From an uncultured delta proteobacterium (GTDB taxonomy: Bacteria > Desulfobacterota > Binatia > UBA9968): a stretch of DNA of 64,000 nucleotides. Below, in pieces: positions 48,965-58,659 of the stretch; the first letter of the stretch is position 1, and every line of letters starts with the position of its first letter. Below the pieces are notes generated by a model. It made no database searches, had not been told where the DNA came from, and was given only the letters and a program-made list of their open reading frames with translations. The translations under genes and the position numbers were made by a program. The stretch spans positions 32,001 through 96,000 of the forward strand of contig CAVSHR010000004.1 of NCBI GenBank assembly GCA_963727625.1, written 5' to 3'.

Positions 48965-49834
48965 ATGGTTCAAGCACGAGAGCTTTCGCATCAGGTCGAC
49001 ACGGACAAGCCACTGGCGGGGAAGCGGATCGTCATCACCCGAGCGCGGGCGCAAGCGCTAAGTCTGGTCGAGGGAATCGAGTCATTGGGCGGCGAGGTCG
49101 TCGAATTTCCGACCATCAAAATTGATCCGCCGGAAGATTTCGCCGCCTTCGACGCCGCAGTGGCGCAAATCGAAACCTATGACTGGCTGATCTTCACCAG
49201 CGTGAACGGGGTTGAGCCGTTCCTGGCTCGACTTCAGCAGGTTGGCAAAGCAATTTCATCGCTTAAAGGGTTGAAGGTCGGCGCCATCGGTCCGGAGACG
49301 GCCAAGAGACTGGCCGCCGTCGGTATCGCGGCTTGCCTGGTGCCAGAACGCTTTCAAGCCGAAGGCATCCTCGATGCATTCCAGCCGGAAGATCTGAAGG
49401 GAAAGCGAGTGTTGATTCCGCGCGCCGCACAAGCACGGAAAGTTTTGCCGAATACCTTGCGCGAGTGGGGAGCAACGGTGGATGTTGTGACCGCCTATCG
49501 CACGGTGCTTCCGGCCGTCGACGTGGCACCGCTCGCCGAGTTGTTGCGCCAACGCAAAATCGATGTCATCGCGTTTACCAGTTCGAGCACCGCAAGAAAT
49601 TTCGTGCGGCTTCTCGGCGATAAGCATCTCGGGGGAATCGCGGCCGCGAGCGCCCTGGCTTGCATCGGGCCGATTACGGCGCGCACGGTGGAGCAATTGG
49701 GCGGACGCGCGGAGATCGTCGCCGAGGAGTTCACGGTTTCCGGTTTAGTACGCGCTATCGTCGGGCATTTCCAAGGAAAGGCCACAACAACGACTATACG
49801 CGGGCAGGAGCCACGAACCCGGAGTGCAAAATGA
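48965..49834 (+). CDS. hemD: Uroporphyrinogen-III synthase
   Basis: IVITR, FTSVNGV, AYRT, FTSSS and CIGPIT motifs. Confidence 0.93.
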   Translation: MVQARELSHQVDTDKPLAGKRIVITRARAQALSLVEGIESLGGEVVEFPTIKIDPPEDFAAFDAAVAQIETYDWLIFTSVNGVEPFLARLQQVGKAISSLKGLKVGAIGPETAKRLAAVGIAACLVPERFQAEGILDAFQPEDLKGKRVLIPRAAQARKVLPNTLREWGATVDVVTAYRTVLPAVDVAPLAELLRQRKIDVIAFTSSSTARNFVRLLGDKHLGGIAAASALACIGPITARTVEQLGGRAEIVAEEFTVSGLVRAIVGHFQGKATTTTIRGQEPRTRSAK

Positions 49835-50808
49835 ATTTTCCGATCTACCGGCCGAGAAGATTGCGGCGCAACGACAAATTACGAAGCCTCATCCGGGAAA
49901 CGTCGCTGGAACCGAGAAATTTAATCTATCCGTTATTTGTCGGCCCGGGCAACGACAATGCCCAGCCGATTTCGTCGATGCCCGGGATTGCGCAGCTGAC
50001 GGTGGACCGCGCCGCGCGCGAGTGTCAGGAGATTTATGCCTTGGGGATTCCGGCGGTGATCCTGTTCGGCATCCCTGAACGTAAAGACGCCAAGGGGACC
50101 GAGGCCTATGCCGGCGACGGCATCGTGCAGCAAGCGATTAGGGCAATCAAAGAAACCACTCCCGACCTGGTCGTCATCACCGATGTTTGTTTATGCGAGT
50201 ACACCGATCATGGTCACTGCGGCTTGATTCAAAACGGCGACGTCGACAACGACAGCACGCTCAAACTCCTCGCCCAAGAGGCACTGTCGCACGCCCGAGC
50301 CGGCGCTGATATCGTCGCGCCGTCCGACATGATGGACGGGCGGGTGGGCGCGATTCGCAAGGTTCTCGACGCCAACGGTTTGGCCCAGACTCCGATCATG
50401 GCTTACGCCGCCAAGTATGCCTCGGGTTTCTATGGTCCCTTTCGCGAGGCCGCTGAGTCGACACCGCAGTTCGGCGACCGCCGCTCTTATCAAATGGATC
50501 CGGCCAACACGGATGAGGCGCTGCGCGAAGTCGAGCTCGACATTCGCGAGGGCGCCGATATCGTGATGGTCAAGCCGGCGCTGGCCTATTTGGACGTGAT
50601 CTATCGAGTGAAGCAGAAATTCGGATATCCGCTGGCGGCCTACAATGTCAGCGGCGAGTATTCGATGATCAAGGCGGCGGGCCGGAACGGCTGGATCGAT
50701 GAACCGAGAATCATGATGGAGGTTTTGTTTGCGATCCGGCGTGCTGGGGCGGATATGATCTTGAGCTATTTCGCTAAAGATGCGGCGCGGCTGCTAAACG
50801 GACCATAA
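49831..50808 (+). CDS. hemB: Porphobilinogen synthase
   Basis: [27 protein letters not shown] and MVKP motifs; the ATG overlaps the hemD stop. Confidence 0.97.
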   Translation: MNFPIYRPRRLRRNDKLRSLIRETSLEPRNLIYPLFVGPGNDNAQPISSMPGIAQLTVDRAARECQEIYALGIPAVILFGIPERKDAKGTEAYAGDGIVQQAIRAIKETTPDLVVITDVCLCEYTDHGHCGLIQNGDVDNDSTLKLLAQEALSHARAGADIVAPSDMMDGRVGAIRKVLDANGLAQTPIMAYAAKYASGFYGPFREAAESTPQFGDRRSYQMDPANTDEALREVELDIREGADIVMVKPALAYLDVIYRVKQKFGYPLAAYNVSGEYSMIKAAGRNGWIDEPRIMMEVLFAIRRAGADMILSYFAKDAARLLNGP

Positions 50809-50810
50809 GG

Positions 50811-50853
50811 GTTCAAGTCGTCCAGGCCGTTCAAAACGTTCAGTGGGTTGAAG
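50811..50853. repeat. Degenerate 9-bp GTTCAA array
   Basis: GTTCAA 50811, GTCCAG 50820, GTTCAA 50829 and GTTCAG 50838. Confidence 0.65.
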
Positions 50854-50910
50854 GAGACAAGCGGACTCAAACCTTCTCATCCGTTGGGCCTGTCGAGCGC
50901 CGTAGGTCAT

Positions 50911-51171
50911 TCAAATTAAATTCCACAGATCTTTAATTTTTCGGTTCACGGTCCGTTCGCATTCGGTTTCGCGGCCGTCGGTATTCACTTGCGACTGGGA
51001 CAGGCGAAAAATCAACACCCGGGAATTTTTGATCAGGCGTACGACGAACGTGTTGGAGTCGGGGTCAAATTCCACGGTGATGTCGACGGCGGGATCGATG
51101 CGCTCGGTGATGGCCTTGCCCCAAGACTGAATTTCCGGCGCGGCTTCGTTGCCTCGACGAGCGCTTAACAT
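50911..51171 (-). CDS. Hypothetical protein
   Basis: 86-aa ORF with plausible composition, directly downstream of the SBP gene. Confidence 0.55.
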   Translation of the reverse strand: MLSARRGNEAAPEIQSWGKAITERIDPAVDITVEFDPDSNTFVVRLIKNSRVLIFRLSQSQVNTDGRETECERTVNRKIKDLWNLI

Positions 51172-51191
51172 GGAGAGTGCCGCGAGCGCGG

Positions 51192-52196
51192 CTATTTTTT
51201 CTTGTAGAGACCGTCGATAAAGCCGCTTTGATCCAATGCGCGGATAAAGCTCGCGTCAACGAACTGTTCCGGTTTGGCTCTCTTGGCCCTCGCGTCTCGC
51301 TCGGCAATATCGTCGAGAACTGTTTTAATGCCTTCCAGGCTGGGATACTGCTTTTTCGGATAGAAGGCTTCGGTCATCACATTCCCATAGCTCTTTTCCA
51401 GAGTCTCCCGGTCGAGCCCGCTGCCCATATAGTGGCTCAGGGCTTTGATCGTCGCTTCTTTGTCGGTCCACATTTTATGGACCGCCTCGACATGGGAACG
51501 GACGTAGCGGCGAACAATATCGGGCTTTTCCTTGATGAACTTCCGCGTCGTGGCTACGCCTGTATGCTGAAAGACAAGACCCATCTGTGCCACGTCGGCG
51601 ATGATCGCTAATCCGCGTTTCTCGGCGACGAAACTAGACGGCGGATTGATCACTGATGCCGTGACTCTACCGGTGAGCGTTGCACTCAAGCGTTCTGGGC
51701 CGCTGCCGACTTGCACTAGGGTTACGTCTTTTCCCGGCGTTAAACCGATCCTCCGCAAGGCAAAACGGGCGATTGTATCGGTCGCGGAGCCGAAGCGGCT
51801 GATCGCCACCGTGCCGCCTTTAAGTTGGCCGGCGGATTTAATGCCCGGCTTGCCCATCAAAACGTAATTCAACGAGGTCATTCCGGCCGCGACAAAAACC
51901 GCGCCGGAGCCGGCGAAGGCGCTGTTAACCAACCCGGGACCGGAAACCTGGGTGATCGGAACGTCGCCCGACACAAGCGCGAGAATCGCAGTGGTGCCAC
52001 CGGTAAAAAATATCAGCTGGATGTCGAGGCCGTTCTTGGCGAAGATGCCGGAGTCTTTGGCAACCCAGGACGGCAGCTGATCCGCACTGGCGGCGCTATA
52101 GCCGACATTGAGTCTCGCTACCTGAGCTCCGGCAAGCCGGTAAGAAGATAGCTGCAAAAGCACCAGCGCAATGTATAAAAGAGACAACTTTTTCAT
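51192..52196 (-). CDS. ABC transporter substrate-binding protein (NMT1-like)
   Basis: Signal peptide MKKLSLL; WVAKDSGIFAKNGL and SRFGSATD motifs. Confidence 0.85.
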   Translation of the reverse strand: MKKLSLLYIALVLLQLSSYRLAGAQVARLNVGYSAASADQLPSWVAKDSGIFAKNGLDIQLIFFTGGTTAILALVSGDVPITQVSGPGLVNSAFAGSGAVFVAAGMTSLNYVLMGKPGIKSAGQLKGGTVAISRFGSATDTIARFALRRIGLTPGKDVTLVQVGSGPERLSATLTGRVTASVINPPSSFVAEKRGLAIIADVAQMGLVFQHTGVATTRKFIKEKPDIVRRYVRSHVEAVHKMWTDKEATIKALSHYMGSGLDRETLEKSYGNVMTEAFYPKKQYPSLEGIKTVLDDIAERDARAKRAKPEQFVDASFIRALDQSGFIDGLYKKK

Positions 52197-52258
52197 ACCT
52201 GTCGATCCTGGCTTATGACAATTTCTCCGGATTTTACAGGAGGAAAGGGGGCGAAACA

Positions 52259-52289
52259 AGAAAGCCCCGGCGTCAAGCCGGGGCTTTCT
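52259..52289 (-). terminator. Rho-independent terminator after cytochrome c'
   Basis: 13-bp stem AGAAAGCCCCGGC/GCCGGGGCTTTCT, followed by a T-rich tail on the minus strand. Confidence 0.8.
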
Positions 52290-52327
52290 GAAGTTATCGC
52301 TAACCTGTGCTATTCGATGCGAATATT

Positions 52328-52777
52328 TTATTCCGAATATTTCTTCGCGCGAAACTGCCTGTGGCAAGACGAGCAGACACCGTTAAGCGCCTTTACTTTG
52401 ACGCCCACCTCAGCGTCGTTGCCGGCTTTTGCCGCAGCCGCCAGCTCGCTCGCGGCCTTGTTCAGCTTTTTTGGCATCTCGGCAAATTCGTCCGGCTTCT
52501 CCCAGATCTTTGCTGTCGCTCTGGTCCTTCCGTTGGTGCTGTCTTTAGGAAAGTAGCCAAGGATCTTTTCAGCGTTGCCCATGATGACTTTAGCCTTGGC
52601 TTCCACAGTGGCGTGATCCTTGGCCTTGACAGCGGCTTTGATCGCTTTGCTCGCCGCACTATTGGATTTCATAAGGGCTTGCCGCTCTTTAATCACGTCG
52701 GACTGGGCGTAAAGCGCCGACGAAACCGTCAGAACTAAAAATCCAAAGAATGCGCCCGTTAATAATTTTTGCATCAT
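52328..52777 (-). CDS. Class II cytochrome c (cytochrome c'/c556)
   Basis: Signal peptide; RQALMK, A.AKIW and C-terminal CSSCH. Confidence 0.9.
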   Translation of the reverse strand: MMQKLLTGAFFGFLVLTVSSALYAQSDVIKERQALMKSNSAASKAIKAAVKAKDHATVEAKAKVIMGNAEKILGYFPKDSTNGRTRATAKIWEKPDEFAEMPKKLNKAASELAAAAKAGNDAEVGVKVKALNGVCSSCHRQFRAKKYSE

Positions 52778-52811
52778 CAGTATTCTTCTCCTTTCGTTGA
52801 GAACGTTAATT

Positions 52812-53360
52812 TTAATTGTCCTTGTTGACCTTTTTGACTTCGTTCAGCAATTCTTCGGTCGGCAGCAAGTCCTTTTCACGGTTGCTTGGCCTAATATTCA
52901 GATAACGGACCACCCCCTGCTTGTCGATGATGACGTAGGAGCGTTTGGCGATACGCCGCTTTTCGTCGTAGACACCGAACCCCTGCATCACTTTACCATC
53001 ACGATCGCTGAGAAGAGGGTAGTTGACCTTGGCGAAATCGGCGAATGCTTTTTGGGAGAACGGCGCATTTGCGCTGATTCCGAGGACCTCGCTATTTTCG
53101 GCTTGAAACGACGCATAATTGTCCGAACCGGACGCTTGCAGATCCTTGATTCAAGTCGGGCTGAAATCGAGTACGTAAAAATTAATTAGAACATTCTTGC
53201 CTTTGAGGCTGCTCAGCTTAAGCTTGCCGCCCCGGCTACTCGCAAGATCAAAGTCAGGAGCCTTATCGCCGACTTGAAGCGCGAGGGACTGGCCGCCAAA
53301 TACAAGCATCAGTAAAATCACGCTCAGAAGCGTTGACAACGAATTTGTCGGAGTGGTCAT
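52812..53360 (-). CDS. Exported peroxiredoxin (AhpC/TSA) selenoprotein
   Basis: Signal peptide, GDKAPDF and FYVLDFSPT, then TGA (53151-53153), then IKDLQ...VLGIS...YPLLSD...KRSYVIIDKQGVVRY...KDN* ending at TAA 52812-52814. Hairpin at 53121-53133. Confidence 0.88.
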
Positions 53361-53486
53361 CGTTATCTCCTTATTGGACGAGTTGGGCGCAGAAATATTT
53401 TAAAAAATGTTGAGCTTTTATCGCGTCAATTGTAGGAAGAGTCAATCCCCCGTTTGGAGCGGTATTTGCCTCCCCCAAATGGGGTA

Positions 53487-54146
53487 TTAATCGAGGCCTT
53501 CGCGAACCGCGAGAACCGCCGCTTCCGTGCGGTTCTTGACGTCGAGCTTGCGGAACAGGGATTTCAAATGCCCCTTGACCGTTTCCCGCGCGATACAGGC
53601 GATCTCGCTGATCTCTTCGTTGCTCAGTCCCTCGGTCATCAAGCGGAGAATTTTCAGTTCGAGCTGCGTTAAACCAAAGCGCTCCGCGAGGCGGGCAGCG
53701 GGCGCAGCCTTTGAATCGGCAGGCGGCGCCGCGTCTTGTTCCAAGGCGAGGTGGGCAAGGTAAGGGGAAGAGGGAAGTTTGCCGGCGTGAGTCTGGCGAA
53801 TGATGTTGATGAAATCGACGCGATCGGTGTCTTTCAAAATATACCCGAGCGCGCCGGCGCGGATTGCCGCGCTGATTTTTTCATCTTCGTGGTGCACCGA
53901 GAGCATCAATAACTTCGTGCGCGGCGAAACCGCGCGAATCAGTCTCGCGGCTTTGATGCCGTCCATGCGCGGCATATCGACATCCAAGAGCGCCAAGTCC
54001 GGTTGCGTTGTTTTGGCGAAAGCCACGGCTTCCTGTCCGTTGGCGGCATCGGCAACGACCTTGATGTTGGTACCGGTCTCGAGCAAGATCTTCAAGCTCT
54101 GGCGAAACAGCCGCTCGTCGTCGGCGATAAGAAGTTTAATCGGCAT
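53487..54146 (-). CDS. NarL/FixJ family response regulator
   Basis: IADD, LLDVDMP and GYILK receiver motifs; LuxR HTH GLSNEEI...TVKGH. Confidence 0.92.
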   Translation of the reverse strand: MPIKLLIADDERLFRQSLKILLETGTNIKVVADAANGQEAVAFAKTTQPDLALLDVDMPRMDGIKAARLIRAVSPRTKLLMLSVHHEDEKISAAIRAGALGYILKDTDRVDFINIIRQTHAGKLPSSPYLAHLALEQDAAPPADSKAAPAARLAERFGLTQLELKILRLMTEGLSNEEISEIACIARETVKGHLKSLFRKLDVKNRTEAAVLAVREGLD

Positions 54147-54236
54147 GAGACCGCGGCTTTCGGGCGCGCCCAAGCGCCCGCGGCGTTTGCCTTGGGCCAT
54201 TGGAAACCTAGGCGCACGTTACTTGATAATTCAAAA

Positions 54237-56663
54237 CTAAACCGGTTTAAGAAGCAAGTTCCACTCGCCCAGGCTTTGGTCTCGGCTCACCAGAAGCATC
54301 GAGAGTCTATCGCCGTTGAGCCAAAGCTTGGTTTGATCGGCGTAATGCGGTGACAAGGGATGGCCGGACTGTCCCGAGGGCAGGACGACTTCTGAGCCAC
54401 ACGGGTTGGAGAGATCGGCAATGAAGCGCAGCGAGGCGCCGACGGTTTGCATGTAAGGATTGGAGTGACGATAAAATCCCAAGTTGATCGACGTGCCGTC
54501 TCCCGCCGTCGGCAGCGGTCCGATTCCCAGCAAAGGTTTTAAGACCGGGATGCGACCCAGTGCATGGTTCATCTGCAGTCGATGAATTTTGCCCCAGTGC
54601 CAGTGTTTGATATCCGCGCCCAAAGCTTCCGATAATTCGGCGCAGGCTTCGCGCAAGGAAATCGCGACCAGTGCGGTCCGCGGGCGTTCGGCGAACCAGA
54701 TCGAATTCGGGTCTCCCAAGATCCGGTCCGTGGGCACGATGCACTGATTTAGAATTTCGACATAGGCCGTGTGGAGATCTTCACCCAACGTGGGACTTAA
54801 AAGATTGAACAGCAGCCGATGATGAAACACGTGAAAAATAGTCGCTTCGACGCTCGAGGCGGCGCAGCCGCCGTCCCATGACAGGAGCCGGTGGACGGCG
54901 TTTTTGAGAAGCTCGTCCGGGTCGGAAATTTGTGCCAAGTCGGCTTCGAGAGTCGCGACGAGCTCGCGCGCGTGCAAGGACAGATTGTCGAGTTGCAATG
55001 CCGCCATATCTGCGAGAGACAATTTTTCACGCTCGCTCAATAAATCTTGGATCCGGCGCGCTCGGTGCGGCGGTTCGAAGAAGTGCGAGAGGTAGAACGG
55101 GTAAGCCCCATCGGTGATGCGGTTATTGGCTGTGGCGATGAATCCCTGGGAAGGATTGTAAAGATGCGGCAGTTCGTCAAACGGAATGTAACCGCGCCAG
55201 TCGTTGTTTTCGTCCCAGCCCGGCAGTGGCAGCAACGTCGGGATCTCGGCGCGCCGAGGAATTCTCCCGGCAAGAGTGTACCCGATATTGCCGGCGCGAT
55301 CGGCATATACAAAATTCAACGTCGGCGTGCCGTGATGGCTGAGGCTTTGGCGAAACTCCTGCCAGTTACGCGCGCGGTTGAGCTGGTAAAGGGCCCCCAG
55401 TTCCTGTCCCGGTTCATGCGCCGTCCAGCGTAATGAAATGAGCTCGTTCATCCCATCGGTCTTGTTGAAATCGCTGATGACGGGACCATGGCGGGTGAAG
55501 CGGATGGTCGTTTCACGCGGCTGCGATCGGCGCACGCCGATCACTTCGCGCCGGCTCTCGAGTCTTTGCCAGCGCGCTCCGACGAGATAGAGTTCCGGCT
55601 CCAGCGGATGTAATTTTTCGCGGTAAAGCTCGACATCGTCGCACACCGCCGCGGTAATGCCCCAAGCGATCGAACGATTGCGGCCGAGTTGAACCAACGG
55701 ACAGCCCGGGATGGTTGCGCCCCAAACGTCGTAGCCCTCAGGTTCGGTCGAGGGGGCTTCAGCTTGCAAGTGCATCAGATACCAGACCGATGGCAGCGTC
55801 ATGCGCAGGTGGGGATCGTTGCACAGAACCGCTCCACCAGTAGTCGACCGGCTGGGCGATACGATCCAGCTGTTGCTGCCGGCTCCAGCTGGATGCCAAT
55901 CGCCGGCCGAGAGAAGTCCGCTCGCAAAATGCCAGACCGCGTTTAACTCATCCCACACCGCATGGGTAAGGGTCGGACCCGAATCGGGATAGGCTGGAAA
56001 CAGCGCGTGCAGTTTCTCAGGTTGGTCGCGTAGCATGGTGGCTACCGCGATGAAATTTAGCCGCGTATAGAGCGCGGTTGAAAGCAGAAACGCCAAGCCC
56101 TTGCCGATCGTCAGAGAATCTTCCGGTTGCCAGGACTCCGGGCGGTGGCGCAATAAACGAAACTCCCAAGGCAGCTTGTTGCCGCATTTTTCGATATAAC
56201 GGTTAACCCCGTCGCAGTAGGCGTCGAGGCGAAGCCGATCTTGATCGGAAACTGCGGCGAGAGAAGCGTTTGCGGCGCTGCGAATACCTAGGAGTCGGAT
56301 AAAATAATCCAAATCGGCGCTGGTGTGGCCGCGAAATTGCGCCGAAAGTTCTTTCCAGGGGAGCGCGAAGTCGCCGAATATTTCTGCCATGCGGCCGCTC
56401 AGAAAGCGCCGATTTGCTTCCATTTGCCAAAGTCGTTCCTGCGCGTGGAGAAATCCTTGGGCAAAAAACAGGTCGTGTTCATTGTCGGCGAACACGTGAG
56501 GAATCGCTTGTGGATTCCAGTGCACCGTCACGGCTTTTTTCAAACCGGGAAGGGATGTCTCACCGTGATATTGGGGCCGGGAGGGTTTGTCGAGCCAGCC
56601 AACGTACGGGCGAAGAAGCGCCGAAAAGACGGTTGAAATAAAACCGCTTCTCGGCAACTCCAT
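54237..56663 (-). CDS. Penicillin acylase family (Ntn-hydrolase) protein
   Basis: QGFLHAQERLWQM, GSNSW (Ser nucleophile), NDPHL, TANN and GQSGHP motifs. Confidence 0.92.
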   Translation of the reverse strand: MELPRSGFISTVFSALLRPYVGWLDKPSRPQYHGETSLPGLKKAVTVHWNPQAIPHVFADNEHDLFFAQGFLHAQERLWQMEANRRFLSGRMAEIFGDFALPWKELSAQFRGHTSADLDYFIRLLGIRSAANASLAAVSDQDRLRLDAYCDGVNRYIEKCGNKLPWEFRLLRHRPESWQPEDSLTIGKGLAFLLSTALYTRLNFIAVATMLRDQPEKLHALFPAYPDSGPTLTHAVWDELNAVWHFASGLLSAGDWHPAGAGSNSWIVSPSRSTTGGAVLCNDPHLRMTLPSVWYLMHLQAEAPSTEPEGYDVWGATIPGCPLVQLGRNRSIAWGITAAVCDDVELYREKLHPLEPELYLVGARWQRLESRREVIGVRRSQPRETTIRFTRHGPVISDFNKTDGMNELISLRWTAHEPGQELGALYQLNRARNWQEFRQSLSHHGTPTLNFVYADRAGNIGYTLAGRIPRRAEIPTLLPLPGWDENNDWRGYIPFDELPHLYNPSQGFIATANNRITDGAYPFYLSHFFEPPHRARRIQDLLSEREKLSLADMAALQLDNLSLHARELVATLEADLAQISDPDELLKNAVHRLLSWDGGCAASSVEATIFHVFHHRLLFNLLSPTLGEDLHTAYVEILNQCIVPTDRILGDPNSIWFAERPRTALVAISLREACAELSEALGADIKHWHWGKIHRLQMNHALGRIPVLKPLLGIGPLPTAGDGTSINLGFYRHSNPYMQTVGASLRFIADLSNPCGSEVVLPSGQSGHPLSPHYADQTKLWLNGDRLSMLLVSRDQSLGEWNLLLKPV

Positions 56664-56699
56664 CGACGCTAGCCAAGGAAAGGATGAGAGATCATAACG

Positions 56700-57302
56700 T
56701 TAGAGAATCGCCTTGACCGAAGGACGCGCTTTGATTCTCTCCAAATACTTTCCCAGTCGAGGCAGCGACGGGTCGGGCAACACACCAAAGCCTTCCAAAC
56801 GGGTAAAGCGCGGCAGCAAATCGGCGTCGACCAGCGAAAAATCACCCATGAGATACTGTTGATCGCCGATTTCGTTTTCAAAGCGATTGAGTAATCGCTT
56901 TAAGTCGCCTTTGGCGCCGTCGATCACCTGCTGATTCTGGTCCTTTTGCTCCTTCATGAGCTCCATGCGGAGTTTTTGATACGGGCCGTCAAAGTGCGCC
57001 ATGCCGTAGTCGACAAGGATTCGCGCCTTGGCTTTTTTGCCGGGGTCCTTCGGCATGAGCGGAGGATTGGGGTATTGTTCTTCCAGATATTCGTTGATGA
57101 TGCAGGATTCGTAGAGCACAGTGGCGTCGTCGGTCAGCACCGGAACTTTTCCGTACGGGTTGAGTTTTAGGTAATCCGGGGTTTTTTGTTCCTTAGCGCG
57201 CAAATCGATGGGGACGATATCGTAGGGAAGGTTCTTTTCCGCCAGGACGATTTTGACGCGCTGGCAGTTGGGGGAAGATTTAAAATCGTAGAGTTTAATC
57301 AC
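56700..57302 (-). CDS. Glutathione S-transferase family protein
   Basis: SPNCQRV, LNPYGKVPVL and ESCIINEYL motifs. Confidence 0.9.
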   Translation of the reverse strand: MIKLYDFKSSPNCQRVKIVLAEKNLPYDIVPIDLRAKEQKTPDYLKLNPYGKVPVLTDDATVLYESCIINEYLEEQYPNPPLMPKDPGKKAKARILVDYGMAHFDGPYQKLRMELMKEQKDQNQQVIDGAKGDLKRLLNRFENEIGDQQYLMGDFSLVDADLLPRFTRLEGFGVLPDPSLPRLGKYLERIKARPSVKAIL

Positions 57303-57452
57303 GAGGGTGCTCCTTTCCGCCTGATGAATTTTCTTGATGCACTTATACTAACATTTCGCTGAAAGGAAAAGCGCGCCAGTCGGGACAAACCTTCTTGATC
57401 TGCTAGTGCTTTGATGTTAAGCGGATAGCGACTGACTGAAGAGGATCGGCTC

Positions 57453-57974
57453 TTGAACCCCACTGAAGCGGCACAATCCATCGCCAAAGGGCTTCGCGAC
57501 GCTGGAATCAATCTGGTTGCGACCTTGCCCGACGTCAATCTGTCGGAATTGTTGAGCGAGGTGGAAGAAGCGCGGGATTTCATCCACGTGCCGCTTTGCC
57601 GCGAAGAAGAGGGCATCGGTGTTTGCGCCGGCGCCTACCTGGTGGGGAAAAAATGCGCGATCATCATGCAGAACGGCGGTTTTTTTAACAGCAACAACGC
57701 CATCGTGAGCACCTTGCTGCAATACCAGATTCCCCTGCTGCTGTTGATTTACTATGCCGGTGATGTCGGCGATCGCACCTTCAGCACGACCGGAAGCATG
57801 ACCGAGCCGGTGCTCCGGGCTCTTGGCATTCGCTATTACATCATGCGTCATAACGGGGATATTCCGGAGCTGATTCGGCGCGCGCAAATTTTAACTGAAG
57901 ATTCCAAGCGGCCGGTCGCGCTGTTGTTGACTAAAGAGGTGCTTGGCCGGCGCGCTGAACTCAATATTCCGTGA
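57453..57974 (+). CDS. Sulfopyruvate/phosphonopyruvate decarboxylase-like alpha subunit (ComD-like)
   Basis: REEEGIGVCAGA and MQNGGF.N..N motifs. Confidence 0.8.
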   Translation: MNPTEAAQSIAKGLRDAGINLVATLPDVNLSELLSEVEEARDFIHVPLCREEEGIGVCAGAYLVGKKCAIIMQNGGFFNSNNAIVSTLLQYQIPLLLLIYYAGDVGDRTFSTTGSMTEPVLRALGIRYYIMRHNGDIPELIRRAQILTEDSKRPVALLLTKEVLGRRAELNIP

Positions 57975-58020
57975 CATTCAGTGGCCCGACCGATTGGGGT
58001 CGCGGGGGCGAAACGGCAAG

Positions 58021-58629
58021 ATGTTGCAAAGATTCGAATGCTTGAAAAAATTAGCCGCGGTGGCCGGGGACGCCCTGGTCGTGAGTTCCGCTGGCGCGAC
58101 GACGCTGGAATGGAACGCGCTGCGGCCTGGCGACGGCAATCTTCGCGTGCGCACGCTTGGACTCTGTTCCTCTATTGCGTTGGGCATGGCGCTCGGTTTG
58201 CCCCACCGTAAGATCATCGCTTTGGACGGCGACGGCTCTTTGTTGATGAATCTGTCGTCTTTGCCGACGATTGCGCGCATGAAGCCGAATAATTTGCTTC
58301 ACATCGTTTTCGACAATGAAGTCTACGAAGCATCGGCGAGCAAGAAGACCGCGACAGGCGCGGGGACGGACCTGGTCGGAATTGCGCGCGCGGCGGGAAT
58401 AAAAAATGCACAATGGGCCGAGACCGTGGACGGGTTCGCACGGGAGGCGCTGCAGTTCGTTAACGGCGTCGGTTTGTGTTTTGTCGGCGCCAAGGTGAGC
58501 ACCGAGCGCGCGGCGGTGGCGCCTTACCCGATCGACGAAGTAGAAAACAAGTATCGCTTTATCCGCTACGTGGAAAATAGCGAGAAGATTGAAATTTTAA
58601 AAACCAATTTGCCGGCCAGCTACGTTTGA
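58021..58629 (+). CDS. TPP-binding decarboxylase beta subunit (ComE-like)
   Basis: GDGSLLMN...FDN TPP-binding motif. Confidence 0.8.
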   Translation: MLQRFECLKKLAAVAGDALVVSSAGATTLEWNALRPGDGNLRVRTLGLCSSIALGMALGLPHRKIIALDGDGSLLMNLSSLPTIARMKPNNLLHIVFDNEVYEASASKKTATGAGTDLVGIARAAGIKNAQWAETVDGFAREALQFVNGVGLCFVGAKVSTERAAVAPYPIDEVENKYRFIRYVENSEKIEILKTNLPASYV

Positions 58630-58659
58630 GATTCGCCGTCGGCAAGCCCGTTAAGCATC

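Noticed and set aside
52797-53189. 130-aa plus-strand ORF
   Set aside because: Antisense to the C-terminal part of the Sec-peroxiredoxin.
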